63,496 nt of DNA from a virus (Duplodnaviria; Caudoviricetes), in IMG/VR virus record IMGVR_UViG_3300012920_000036, positions 1-63,496 of that record; one strand, written 5' to 3'. Within the stretch, counting starts at the first letter, position 1. Each line of letters starts with the position of its first letter. The position numbers were made by a program, and so were the translations under genes. Positions 55,801 to 63,496 of this stretch are shown in pieces. The notes beneath the pieces were generated by a model that was given only the letters and a program-made list of their open reading frames with translations, was not told where the DNA came from and made no database searches.

Positions 55801-58800
55801 ATGCCTTTAAATTAATTAGGCTGGCACTAGCAGACTCAGCTAATCCGACAAGCGAAACGATACGACTTCTATTGCATGAGGTGGCTCATGCTGTGTTTGC
55901 CAATGAGCCGGTTCACATTCGTGAGTCGATTCACTCTGCCATTAACAACATGAGCGACAAGGCACTCCAGCTTGAGGGCTTTACGATGGCTGTACCGGAG
56001 GGAGTGAATGAAGCAGAGGTTATCCAAGAGGAACGCTTGGTGGAGACAACCTCGATCAATTTACAACAGGAAGGGTTTGACCCAACCAACGCTCAATCGA
56101 CAGCGCAGAAACTCTTTAGGTTTCTAAAGGACATTTACTACAGGGCGTCGATGGCAATCCAGCGAGCTACAGGGCTTAACATTGCCAACGATCAGTTACC
56201 TCTTCTTTATTTCCAGAACCGCATGAGGATGTTCCTTGCTGGAGACAAGGATGTTTTCAGCTACCTCAGTTTCTTGGGTGGGCCTAAACCAAACCACACA
56301 GAAACTGTGGGAATGTCACGCAAGGTGCATGACTCTTCCATAGAAATAGACATCAGCTTTCGAGACAAGTTCGTGGACTATCCAGAGGTCGTCCCTGACA
56401 ACCAACTTGCTGCAAGGCTTGGCGTCAGACAACGGCCTAGTCCCAGCAGGAGAACCACAGCGCCAGAACCTATCGTCCAGTATGGAGAGGAATACGATAG
56501 CGTACAGATGAAGACGGGAGAGGTGTACACTCTCAAGCTCATCGATGACGCTTATCGTAAAATGTACGAGGCATGGCGGGTTAGCGGAGCCACGCCAATG
56601 ACATACGAGGAGTGGCTGGCTAGTGACATGATGGGCAAGGATGACCCTGCTGTTTTGATTGCTGAGATAAACAGCGAACTGGCAGCTAACGGGCATGAGC
56701 AGATAAACCCAGACGATGTAACGAGTGTTAGCCTTGAGCAAAACAAGCAGCTACCGAAAGCCAAGGAGGCTGCTTATGTTCATATCAGAAGCGTCAGGGC
56801 CAAGCTGCAAGACAACTACATAAACGGTCAGCAAAACCTAGACCCGTCCAAACCAAAGTCGCTTTCTGAAAAGGTTAAGAAAGCAAAAGAGGCTGTCGTC
56901 AAATGGTTGCAGCGATATACCGATGCCGATGTTTCACTCAACCAGATTTACACCATGCTAGATGAGGCTGTCTCTGAACTTCGCGATGACATGCGGCAGA
57001 TCGGCAACGCATCGAGGCGCAAAGGTGAACTTTATCAGATCATCAAGCAGCTTGAAGGCAAGACGCCAGAGGCGAAGGCTGTTCAGCAAGTTGAAAAGAA
57101 ATTACTTAAACTTGTCAGGGAAACCAGAGACGGCAAAGGCAACTTCTTCGACATGGTCGAGGCAGCGGCAAGAGTTTTGCAGGACAGAGGAGACACCGAA
57201 TCACGCTGGAACACTTTAACTGTTACTCAAATAGCTGAGTTACTTGATGCATCTGGTGTTGATATTTTACAGCCTTTAATCAAAGACCGCCAAATGCTGG
57301 CGGCTGTAATTGCTATTGCCAAAAAGGATTCACTCGTAATGGATTTACTCTCTCTTCGACGCGATAAAGAGAGAGCCGGAGTTGACGAAATACTCAAAGA
57401 GTTTCTGGCGAAAGGGCGAGCAGACGAGAACACGATCAAACATGCTACCAGGAGAATCCCCAGACTTGAGAAAGTTGCGAATCGCATTTTGCTGCAACTG
57501 AACACCAAGCAGAAGGCGCTTGAATCTGATCAAAGAGAATTACAAAAACAGACTGAGCGAGTTTTGTTTTGGGATTCGGTAGCTGAAACTATCGATGACA
57601 CAATGGGTATGCTGGAGGAAGACCTTGGCATAGAGGACGCTGATAAAAACGTACAGGCATTTGCTTTGTACGACGGCGCGAAGATTCCTGTTCCAGCCAG
57701 CCCCAACACTTCCATCGAAGACCTTAAAGATCCATCGAAACAAAAGGAAGTATCACTCAAGGCCAGCAAGTTTTCTCAAGATCAAATCCGCAGATACTAT
57801 CAGCAGATTAAGACGTGGCTAGTAGCCAACGCTGACAAGCCTAAGTCCGCCACCTACCGGCAAATGGAACGTATCGCAGATGAGTTGGCGATTGCCGGTG
57901 CTGACCTAATGGACAAGAGCATTAGGCGGGTCGTGGGACAAAAACTTGCTGACTCATTTAGCAAATCATTATTCAGCATAGGCTCTGGAATCTCTCGCTT
58001 GATGGGCAGGAGAATTGAGCGTTTCCAAAACGAATGGCAACGCATGGAGAAAGAAGCTGATCTTATTGGCTCACAATGGACGCTCGCAGAAAAAGCGTTG
58101 ATGAACGAATTGCTAAAAGGGCGGTTCTATAAAATTGATAGGAGACAGGAATTTAGAGAAGACTGGTATCAAAAAGCGTTACAGTTTTTTGAGAAACGCC
58201 CAGACCTCCTTAACTTCAGTAAGGATAGTAGGGAGATGCGGCGGAATGCATATAACCAATACCTTAATAGATTATCAGAATCCAATGAGTTTGCTCAGAT
58301 CATAAAGAATAATGATAAAGTCAGGGATTTGTTTTACAAATACATGGACGCAACTGCGAAGAGTTCTGGTTGGTTTGACCAACAGCGCAGTCGTCTTCGT
58401 ATCAAGCTCGCGTCTGATCCGAAATATGGATACCTCCGTGAATCAATTGGTGAACCCATATTTACGGTAATGCGGAGACTGTCTGGTCACGCCTCTCTCA
58501 TCTACGAGATAATGAGAGAAAGCGGGTGGCTGGAAATTAAATCTGACCAACCATTCGATGACACAAGGCCGCTGTTTTCAAAAACAGTCTGGCGGGATTT
58601 TGTGAAACCAATCGTGCAGAGAGAAGGACGGTCGATGATCGGCTCTGTACACAGGCCAGATGGGGTTCAAAGATTAGCCAGACGCAGCAGTCTAATCGAA
58701 GCATATGAGAACACGGCAGTTAATGAAGCTGGCTTTTATTCGATAAAAGACTTTGCCGAGAAGCTTTACTCTCTTGAAGAAGGCGACCCTACGGACATGG

Positions 58801-61313
58801 AAGCAAGACAGCAATTCATTGAGCAAACCTTCTCAACATTTAACGACATCTTTCAGACGCTTCACGATCAGAAAAAAGAATTCAATCAAGCCAATAACGA
58901 CGGAAACATGGGAGTACCAATGCGTGTTCTCATGGATGCCCGAAAGTCTGAGGAACTACCCGCTGAGTTCTTGGAGCATGTGACATTCGATTCACGCACC
59001 ATGAAGCAGATGGCCAAAGTGATGGCAATGGAATCTCAGTATGGACGTAACATGTCCACAATGATTACTGGGTTTGCCCAGCTAATACAGGAACTATCAG
59101 ACAAGGCCAAACTCTATGAATCTATTGTTAAGGAAGTAGGTCTTGCTAACCCAAGGGTAGGCAGGGGAGGGAAAACAAAACTAATAAAGGACGAATTTAA
59201 GGCGCGTGGTCTGAACTACGATGTTTACAGTCAAGCTACAAAGAATTTGGACTACGCTACTAGCTTGAGAGATCAATGGGTAGCGTTCACTTCAGCAGAA
59301 GGTCACGTCTCAACAGAAAACCGCATGGCCCAAGAAGTTGTTGGGACTATGGCAGGAGCCACCGTCCAAGGCTTTGGTACGCTCCTGCTTGATTTGACTG
59401 CTCCTATCATTCAAGGCCAAACAAAGATGACAGGAGTAGGCGGTACTAAATTTGCAGCATCGATTTACAAGAAAGCATTTGGCGAGGTGCTAGGTAGCCT
59501 GTGGCAGTTGTTCGGAAAGACTCTTGGCTTGAAAGCGGACAACGCAAGGCGTCGTGCAAGGAACGGTTATATTTTTGCAGACGCTCATATGAGGATGCAG
59601 GACCAATTTACCAGCGCCTTAAATGAGGTAAACGAAAACGACAGACTCCTGGTCGAAGAGGGAGACACTCCTGTTCAAGCCTTTGGAAAACGAACCAAGC
59701 GTGGGTTGCTTAACTTCACTAGAATTATACGAACATTGATAGGTTCTGGAGTTGGCAAATCCAAGCTGGCTGAAAACGATGCAGCTTTCTCAACAGTCAA
59801 ACCACAAGCTCCGTACACATGGGGGAGTGAGATTGTACACGCTGCTGCGGTGGATGCGTATGTGGAAAAGTTTGAGGCAATACTCTCACGGGCTGTGGAA
59901 TATTTTCAAAATGCAGAGAACGAGAGTGACTTAACGAATCCTACTTTTGCATTCACTATTAAAAAACACGCTGAAGATTTAGGCTTCGGTAAACGCCTTG
60001 GCTTATTCGATAGCTCGCTTGATCTGGAGTATTTTTTAAATGCACTAAACGAACAGGGATTGTCCTTAGAACAACTGGCGAGAGAGTACATTGAAAGATC
60101 AAGTGCAGATTCAGAAGCCGCACTTATCACAGACAACAATTTCCACCACCTAGCCGCACTTGCCAACAGGGACATAATGTTGGCAAACAATGTGACTACT
60201 CAGTCTAAATTTTTAATCACAGGCAAGGTTGCCCCAGTTCTTCAAAACCTAGTCGGGTGGTCGATCAGAAGAAGCGGCGACTTGATAAGGATGATGAGAA
60301 AACCAGGTGGTGAGGGTGAGATGTTTGATAAAAATTGGAGAGACGCAATGATGCGACTCACTTTTGTGATGGTTCCTACAGCGTTAGGCGCTGCTGTAAT
60401 CAAGGACTGGTGGGATGAAGAGGTGTATGGGAAAAGCCCAAATGTTCTACGCTTCAGAGATGCCCAAACAGCAAGAGATTATTTGTTCACAGCACTTGAT
60501 AGAACAGCAAGAGTTGGTGTCTTGGGAATTGCCGGAGACGCAGCCAATAGTACTCTAAATGTTCAAACAGGAAGGGGTTTTAGTTTGGATTCGCGGATAT
60601 ACGCTGTGTCTTCCATGTTCCAGTTGGCTGGAGCAGTAAACAATGCTTACACACAGAACTTTGCCAACTATGAGACGGTTTACAGGCCAATGCTTCAAGC
60701 ATTAGGCGGCTCTGGTTTCCTCCAGAACATGACCACCTACAAGAATTTCTTTGAGACAATTAGCGGTGCTGACCTTGAGATTCAAGAGGATAGAATTGTA
60801 GGCCGAATTAATCTTGAGAACATAATTCGATCAGCAGGACGAGGGTCAAAGAACCTCGATGTAAGAATGATGGGGGGAAGCGGGATGCGCTATTTGTCCA
60901 ACCCAATACGCCCTCACATTAAGGACATGATCACGGCTGCGTACAGCAATGACGCGAGAGACTTCTACAATTCCTACAGACAAGCCTTAGAGGCAGCTAG
61001 GTTGGCAGGCAAGGCTGACCCACAGGATTCTGTAGCTCGCAGCTACGGGGCATACAATCCTCTAAGAAAGGTTTTCAAGACTGACCCAACTGAGGGTGAG
61101 TACGCTCAGTTACTGTCCAACATGGACAACACCACGGCTCGCACCGTCCGGCAGGGGCTGGATTTGTTTAACAAATATGGCGAGCAGATTGGGTCACGCG
61201 CATTCTACGGCAAAGCGGAAAGAAAAAAGAAATCAAGAGGAGTGAAGATGACCGGCAAACTGCCAACCCTTTCTGACTACAGACTGGCAGCTACCCTGCC
61301 TAATTTCCGTTGA
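52899..61313 (+). CDS. Giant 2804-aa internal virion or polyvalent-type protein with HExxH motif
   Basis: Gly/Ala membrane-like N-terminal segments, 'EGATEGFQE', LLHEVAH...EE. Confidence 0.75.
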   Translation: MPNTLVDHYRSRFPDDSISDQGIIGGFIRQHGESAIKTQYPDAYSQFIKQRRKDDVDRYNRVNPSGLGGEWWKAAKRTTIGLGEISLAGFGLGAEAVGWESARDYLMMKAMELGQDASDVSIAAAEPEWEDVDGLYESLQYGAAVFGEAAPSLVESLAVAGAGALVGSGAAPGPGTVAGGVGGFFAKNAVKNLLKKEVRERVRENLEKQVGRTLTDDALKYTLLKTALSGKGAGKDMIKAQMKAAGAKLGGTVATTLNSYGLSSGEIYNSLASNPNVDPDDAMDIALVGGLVAAVPDTFLPSYIMKQSGIVDALAGTVKGKMAKEHVKRRFNGYVGRLAKQAAITIPTEGATEGFQELVNIAAEKYGDKTSEHFKDTGRLFAPMDIYDDLTDEEKGRIDRAIVVGAAAGSMGAVGAATRRTAEDTDDTDVTPTEPAEDVVDEIYAPTDEEKAIITALVAKEVAGGDVKKELTDANVFSNRILTRFYVSEKKRALEEQGFRLDAKKDSDEKAEVDEDYINFINEQIIVVKNSDLSPKIRKYLLAQLNEKLRAAKKGAKPDATTSMSMAGEAVEVKSLLDEQLGLLEPQPEAEPVAETREPIAMLPESVGAEEIRNRERDQKWQKEDNAKEAEKLQAQKTEGEKKLALLNERLAQAKKTAVQTEGDRRTRETNLAAIWAAASKLDRQEDNAAQKAFEEKQKFAKAAENLRQKKAKAAEKIKATAEAQQETTEEETSTQTTQETKEAFNAGHVADEPKSSAPDKRLTSTGGIKVPPIFEITSQIRERFKGKLDLLGNILTQGAGKKEKGKGKSKRDSRRITALLEPNSGEVYAVKTWKEGGNVWMASEDGTRIKLETVIEQGLIPIFSILTKPDASVKDYSVYPNRNDFDSTIAQQVANEKIDAEIDTEIKQRPPQPNSVSEKEAQSLPSNKKVKALFDAIVRAAVARGLNIEIFQNEQAAMEGEYGAYANAFKLIRLALADSANPTSETIRLLLHEVAHAVFANEPVHIRESIHSAINNMSDKALQLEGFTMAVPEGVNEAEVIQEERLVETTSINLQQEGFDPTNAQSTAQKLFRFLKDIYYRASMAIQRATGLNIANDQLPLLYFQNRMRMFLAGDKDVFSYLSFLGGPKPNHTETVGMSRKVHDSSIEIDISFRDKFVDYPEVVPDNQLAARLGVRQRPSPSRRTTAPEPIVQYGEEYDSVQMKTGEVYTLKLIDDAYRKMYEAWRVSGATPMTYEEWLASDMMGKDDPAVLIAEINSELAANGHEQINPDDVTSVSLEQNKQLPKAKEAAYVHIRSVRAKLQDNYINGQQNLDPSKPKSLSEKVKKAKEAVVKWLQRYTDADVSLNQIYTMLDEAVSELRDDMRQIGNASRRKGELYQIIKQLEGKTPEAKAVQQVEKKLLKLVRETRDGKGNFFDMVEAAARVLQDRGDTESRWNTLTVTQIAELLDASGVDILQPLIKDRQMLAAVIAIAKKDSLVMDLLSLRRDKERAGVDEILKEFLAKGRADENTIKHATRRIPRLEKVANRILLQLNTKQKALESDQRELQKQTERVLFWDSVAETIDDTMGMLEEDLGIEDADKNVQAFALYDGAKIPVPASPNTSIEDLKDPSKQKEVSLKASKFSQDQIRRYYQQIKTWLVANADKPKSATYRQMERIADELAIAGADLMDKSIRRVVGQKLADSFSKSLFSIGSGISRLMGRRIERFQNEWQRMEKEADLIGSQWTLAEKALMNELLKGRFYKIDRRQEFREDWYQKALQFFEKRPDLLNFSKDSREMRRNAYNQYLNRLSESNEFAQIIKNNDKVRDLFYKYMDATAKSSGWFDQQRSRLRIKLASDPKYGYLRESIGEPIFTVMRRLSGHASLIYEIMRESGWLEIKSDQPFDDTRPLFSKTVWRDFVKPIVQREGRSMIGSVHRPDGVQRLARRSSLIEAYENTAVNEAGFYSIKDFAEKLYSLEEGDPTDMEARQQFIEQTFSTFNDIFQTLHDQKKEFNQANNDGNMGVPMRVLMDARKSEELPAEFLEHVTFDSRTMKQMAKVMAMESQYGRNMSTMITGFAQLIQELSDKAKLYESIVKEVGLANPRVGRGGKTKLIKDEFKARGLNYDVYSQATKNLDYATSLRDQWVAFTSAEGHVSTENRMAQEVVGTMAGATVQGFGTLLLDLTAPIIQGQTKMTGVGGTKFAASIYKKAFGEVLGSLWQLFGKTLGLKADNARRRARNGYIFADAHMRMQDQFTSALNEVNENDRLLVEEGDTPVQAFGKRTKRGLLNFTRIIRTLIGSGVGKSKLAENDAAFSTVKPQAPYTWGSEIVHAAAVDAYVEKFEAILSRAVEYFQNAENESDLTNPTFAFTIKKHAEDLGFGKRLGLFDSSLDLEYFLNALNEQGLSLEQLAREYIERSSADSEAALITDNNFHHLAALANRDIMLANNVTTQSKFLITGKVAPVLQNLVGWSIRRSGDLIRMMRKPGGEGEMFDKNWRDAMMRLTFVMVPTALGAAVIKDWWDEEVYGKSPNVLRFRDAQTARDYLFTALDRTARVGVLGIAGDAANSTLNVQTGRGFSLDSRIYAVSSMFQLAGAVNNAYTQNFANYETVYRPMLQALGGSGFLQNMTTYKNFFETISGADLEIQEDRIVGRINLENIIRSAGRGSKNLDVRMMGGSGMRYLSNPIRPHIKDMITAAYSNDARDFYNSYRQALEAARLAGKADPQDSVARSYGAYNPLRKVFKTDPTEGEYAQLLSNMDNTTARTVRQGLDLFNKYGEQIGSRAFYGKAERKKKSRGVKMTGKLPTLSDYRLAATLPNFR

Positions 61314-61346
61314 CCCAGAACATACAGAATTTAACCTAATTACATT

Positions 61347-61640
61347 ATGAGTGATTCATTAATTAAAAAACTACCGGCGGTTCACGTTAGTGAGTTTTTA
61401 GCTACAGCCACCGCAGTAAGCACAACCGTTGGGGCAACCCAAGTCGTCTCTATAACTGATGTTGTAAACTCAGGAGCAAGTGTATTGGACATTAAAGAGT
61501 CTGTTACAGGAGGAGATGTTGCGATGAAAGTTCCGGCAGCTACCGCAGTTTCCCTGCAAGTTCCATTGCGTATGGCTGCGGGTAAAAAGCCATTTGCAAG
61601 TGTGGCCGGTGCAACAATCGGATTTATCGTAGAAGGCTGA
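61347..61640 (+). CDS. Hypothetical structural protein
   Basis: ORF track. Confidence 0.6.
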   Translation: MSDSLIKKLPAVHVSEFLATATAVSTTVGATQVVSITDVVNSGASVLDIKESVTGGDVAMKVPAATAVSLQVPLRMAAGKKPFASVAGATIGFIVEG

Positions 61641-61897
61641 TGCTGAGAAAGCAGTCTAGTCCCGTCATACGCGATACTGGCGACTTGCCCAGTATACCCG
61701 TGGATATTGCGAAGGATTATCCGTCGCTGAACAACTGGTGGGACGATTCTGTTTCTGTGATAGATAGGTTGCGTACCGTTAGTGTGGAAATAACAAAACA
61801 GGAACTGTTAACAAAGTTAGAGGTTACAGGTGAAGTAGTTGGTACAACTGACGAACAGGAAATAGACAGCAAAGTTATAGGAGGAGGATCATTTTAA
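61640..61897 (+). CDS. Hypothetical protein
   Basis: ORF track. Confidence 0.55.
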   Translation: MLRKQSSPVIRDTGDLPSIPVDIAKDYPSLNNWWDDSVSVIDRLRTVSVEITKQELLTKLEVTGEVVGTTDEQEIDSKVIGGGSF

Positions 61898-63238
61898 ATG
61901 AGTAACGTACTAAAAATTAAATCACGGCAGTCTGGGGCGGCTGGCGCACCCGCATCTTTAGCCAGGGCTGAGTTAGCTTACAACGAGCAAGACGATACTA
62001 TTTATATCGGACACGGAAGCGGAACCGACTCGTCTCGCACCAAGAAAGCTATTGGCGGCGTAGGCGCATTTGTCGATAAAGCGTCATCGCAAGTCCTCAC
62101 TAACAAAGACTTAACGGCAACCAGTAACCAATTCACCGTAGCTACAGCCACTCAGTCAGGCGTTGTTGAGCTTGCAACCGATGCTGAAACTAACACAGGT
62201 ACAGATCAGTTTCGAGCAGTCACTCCTGCTGGCATAGGAGCATTTACAGGTACAAACAACATTACCACGGTAGGTACTATCAGCACGGGAGTCTGGAGCG
62301 GAACTAAACTCGTCGCTGGAAAAGTTCCTAACATCGAAGACCTTACAGTTGGTGGTGATCTTGCGATGGGTGGCAACAAAATCACAGGGTTAGCTGATCC
62401 GACCATCGCCAGCGGGGCAGCAACAAAATCCTATGTCGATGCTGCAAGGTCTGGGCTGGATGTTAAGGCATCTGTACGAGTCGCCTCTACAGCAGCTATT
62501 TCCGGTTTCCCTGACCTATCATCTGCGCCGACTATAGATGGGATTACGCTACAGGATGGAGACAGGGTTTTAATTAAGGATGAGAGTTCAGCAAGTAACA
62601 ATGGAATCTGGGTTTGGAATAACTTAGGCAGCGTATTCAGCAGAGCTACAGATTTTGACACCAATACCGAGGTAACTGCTGGAGCTTTTACATTTGTAGA
62701 GGAAGGCTCAACTCATGCTGACTCAGGCTGGGTGGTCACAACTAACGACGATATAACTGTTGGCACTACTGGAATTACATGGTCACAGTTTAGTGGGGCA
62801 GGACAAATTACAGCCGGTGATGGTGTGCAAAAAAGCGGGAACACATTATCCGTGATGCTGGTTCCTACCGGCGGGTTAGACTTTGCTACTCATGCTGGCA
62901 AACAAAAGATTACCGCTAATTATAGTGATGCTAACGCTTTGGGAACTCTTCCTATAGCAAAGGGGGGTACTGGGGCTACAACCGCATCTGCCGCTCTAGC
63001 TAATCTCGGTTACACGGGGGCAACTAACGCTAATAATTTCACAATGAATATCAGCAATGATGGTGGAAGCGCAGATGCATTTGCCTCTGGGTCTACATTA
63101 AATATAACTGGAGGAAGCGGGATAGGTGTTAACAGATCAAGCAACAGCTTTAGTATAGCAGTAGACACCACATCAGTAGCAACCCTAACGTCAACTCAGA
63201 CGCTTACGAACAAGACCATAGATTGTGGAACTTTCTAG
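61898..63238 (+). CDS. Tail fibre protein
   Basis: IK.R...P.SL..AELAYNE; AATKSYVD; GDRVLIKD...NGIW; QTLTNKT; IDCGTF end. Confidence 0.85.
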   Translation: MSNVLKIKSRQSGAAGAPASLARAELAYNEQDDTIYIGHGSGTDSSRTKKAIGGVGAFVDKASSQVLTNKDLTATSNQFTVATATQSGVVELATDAETNTGTDQFRAVTPAGIGAFTGTNNITTVGTISTGVWSGTKLVAGKVPNIEDLTVGGDLAMGGNKITGLADPTIASGAATKSYVDAARSGLDVKASVRVASTAAISGFPDLSSAPTIDGITLQDGDRVLIKDESSASNNGIWVWNNLGSVFSRATDFDTNTEVTAGAFTFVEEGSTHADSGWVVTTNDDITVGTTGITWSQFSGAGQITAGDGVQKSGNTLSVMLVPTGGLDFATHAGKQKITANYSDANALGTLPIAKGGTGATTASAALANLGYTGATNANNFTMNISNDGGSADAFASGSTLNITGGSGIGVNRSSNSFSIAVDTTSVATLTSTQTLTNKTIDCGTF

Positions 63239-63496
63239 ATGTCCAATACGATTCAGATTAAGCGCAATACCAGCGGCGCACCTAGTAGTTTAGACGCTGG
63301 CGAGTTAGCAGTTAATCTCACAGACAAGAAGCTCTGGGTCGGCAATAATGCTGGCGATGGCGTACTTCATCTAAACGACCACCTCCCACTTGCTGGCGGC
63401 ACACTCACGGGCAGTCTTACTGGAACTGACGCAAACTTTGAACGCAGTTTAGGTAACAGCCAACCAACAGATACCACATCCAGTATATACTTAAAA
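63239..63496 (+). CDS. 3'-truncated tail fibre protein
   Basis: MSNTIQIKR...GELAVN.TD.KLWVG...LPLAGGTLTG; open to the window end. Confidence 0.75.
   Translation, partial: MSNTIQIKRNTSGAPSSLDAGELAVNLTDKKLWVGNNAGDGVLHLNDHLPLAGGTLTGSLTGTDANFERSLGNSQPTDTTSSIYLK

Larger units (their letters stand above)
1..63496. mobile_element. Temperate tailed phage genome (podovirus-like), partial or permuted
   Basis: Terminase, portal, capsid, tail, DnaB, SSB, integrase with attP; no host housekeeping genes; no tape-measure gene recognised, but large ejection-type proteins are present. Confidence 0.95.

Noticed and set aside
53122-60190. Antisense ORFs inside the giant gene and other structural genes
   Set aside because: Short shadows of the sense frame with no motifs
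52899-61313. Virion RNA polymerase (N4- or crAss-like)
   Set aside because: I found no DxDGD or T7-type polymerase motifs
61898-63496. Diversity-generating retroelement acting on tail fibres
   Set aside because: No reverse transcriptase and no TR/VR pair seen in the window

Overview
The window is most of the genome of a temperate, podovirus-like tailed phage (Caudoviricetes), with both window ends falling inside genes. Modules in order: tail-end, small basic and lysis genes (1-2.5 kb); attP (3' half of tRNA-Lys-UUU with arm repeats) and a tyrosine integrase; a divergent switch built from two ribbon-helix-helix proteins plus an Xis-like gene; a Sak4/Cas4-like exonuclease/SSB/RusA recombination module; an O-like initiator with internal iterons and DnaB; a probable genome-terminus region near 16.55 kb; a ~1.2 kb densely structured non-coding region; ~14 kb of small early or host-takeover genes (LPD29, SprT, RlpA, C5 methyltransferase); a second tyrosine recombinase; and terminase, portal, scaffold, capsid, tail and ejection genes, including a 2804-aa protein. 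The most notable observations are (1) a candidate large multi-domain ncRNA at 17.35-18.55 kb plus two smaller multibranch RNAs, (2) three enzymes whose motifs are spread over separate or overlapping frames (Cas4-like exonuclease split by an endonuclease, RusA, C5-MTase), (3) a TGTCACCTTA motif recurring at gene boundaries, and (4) a start-less HTH ORF behind an A_AAA_AAG slippery site. All family calls come from motif recognition by eye; no searches or folding programs were run.
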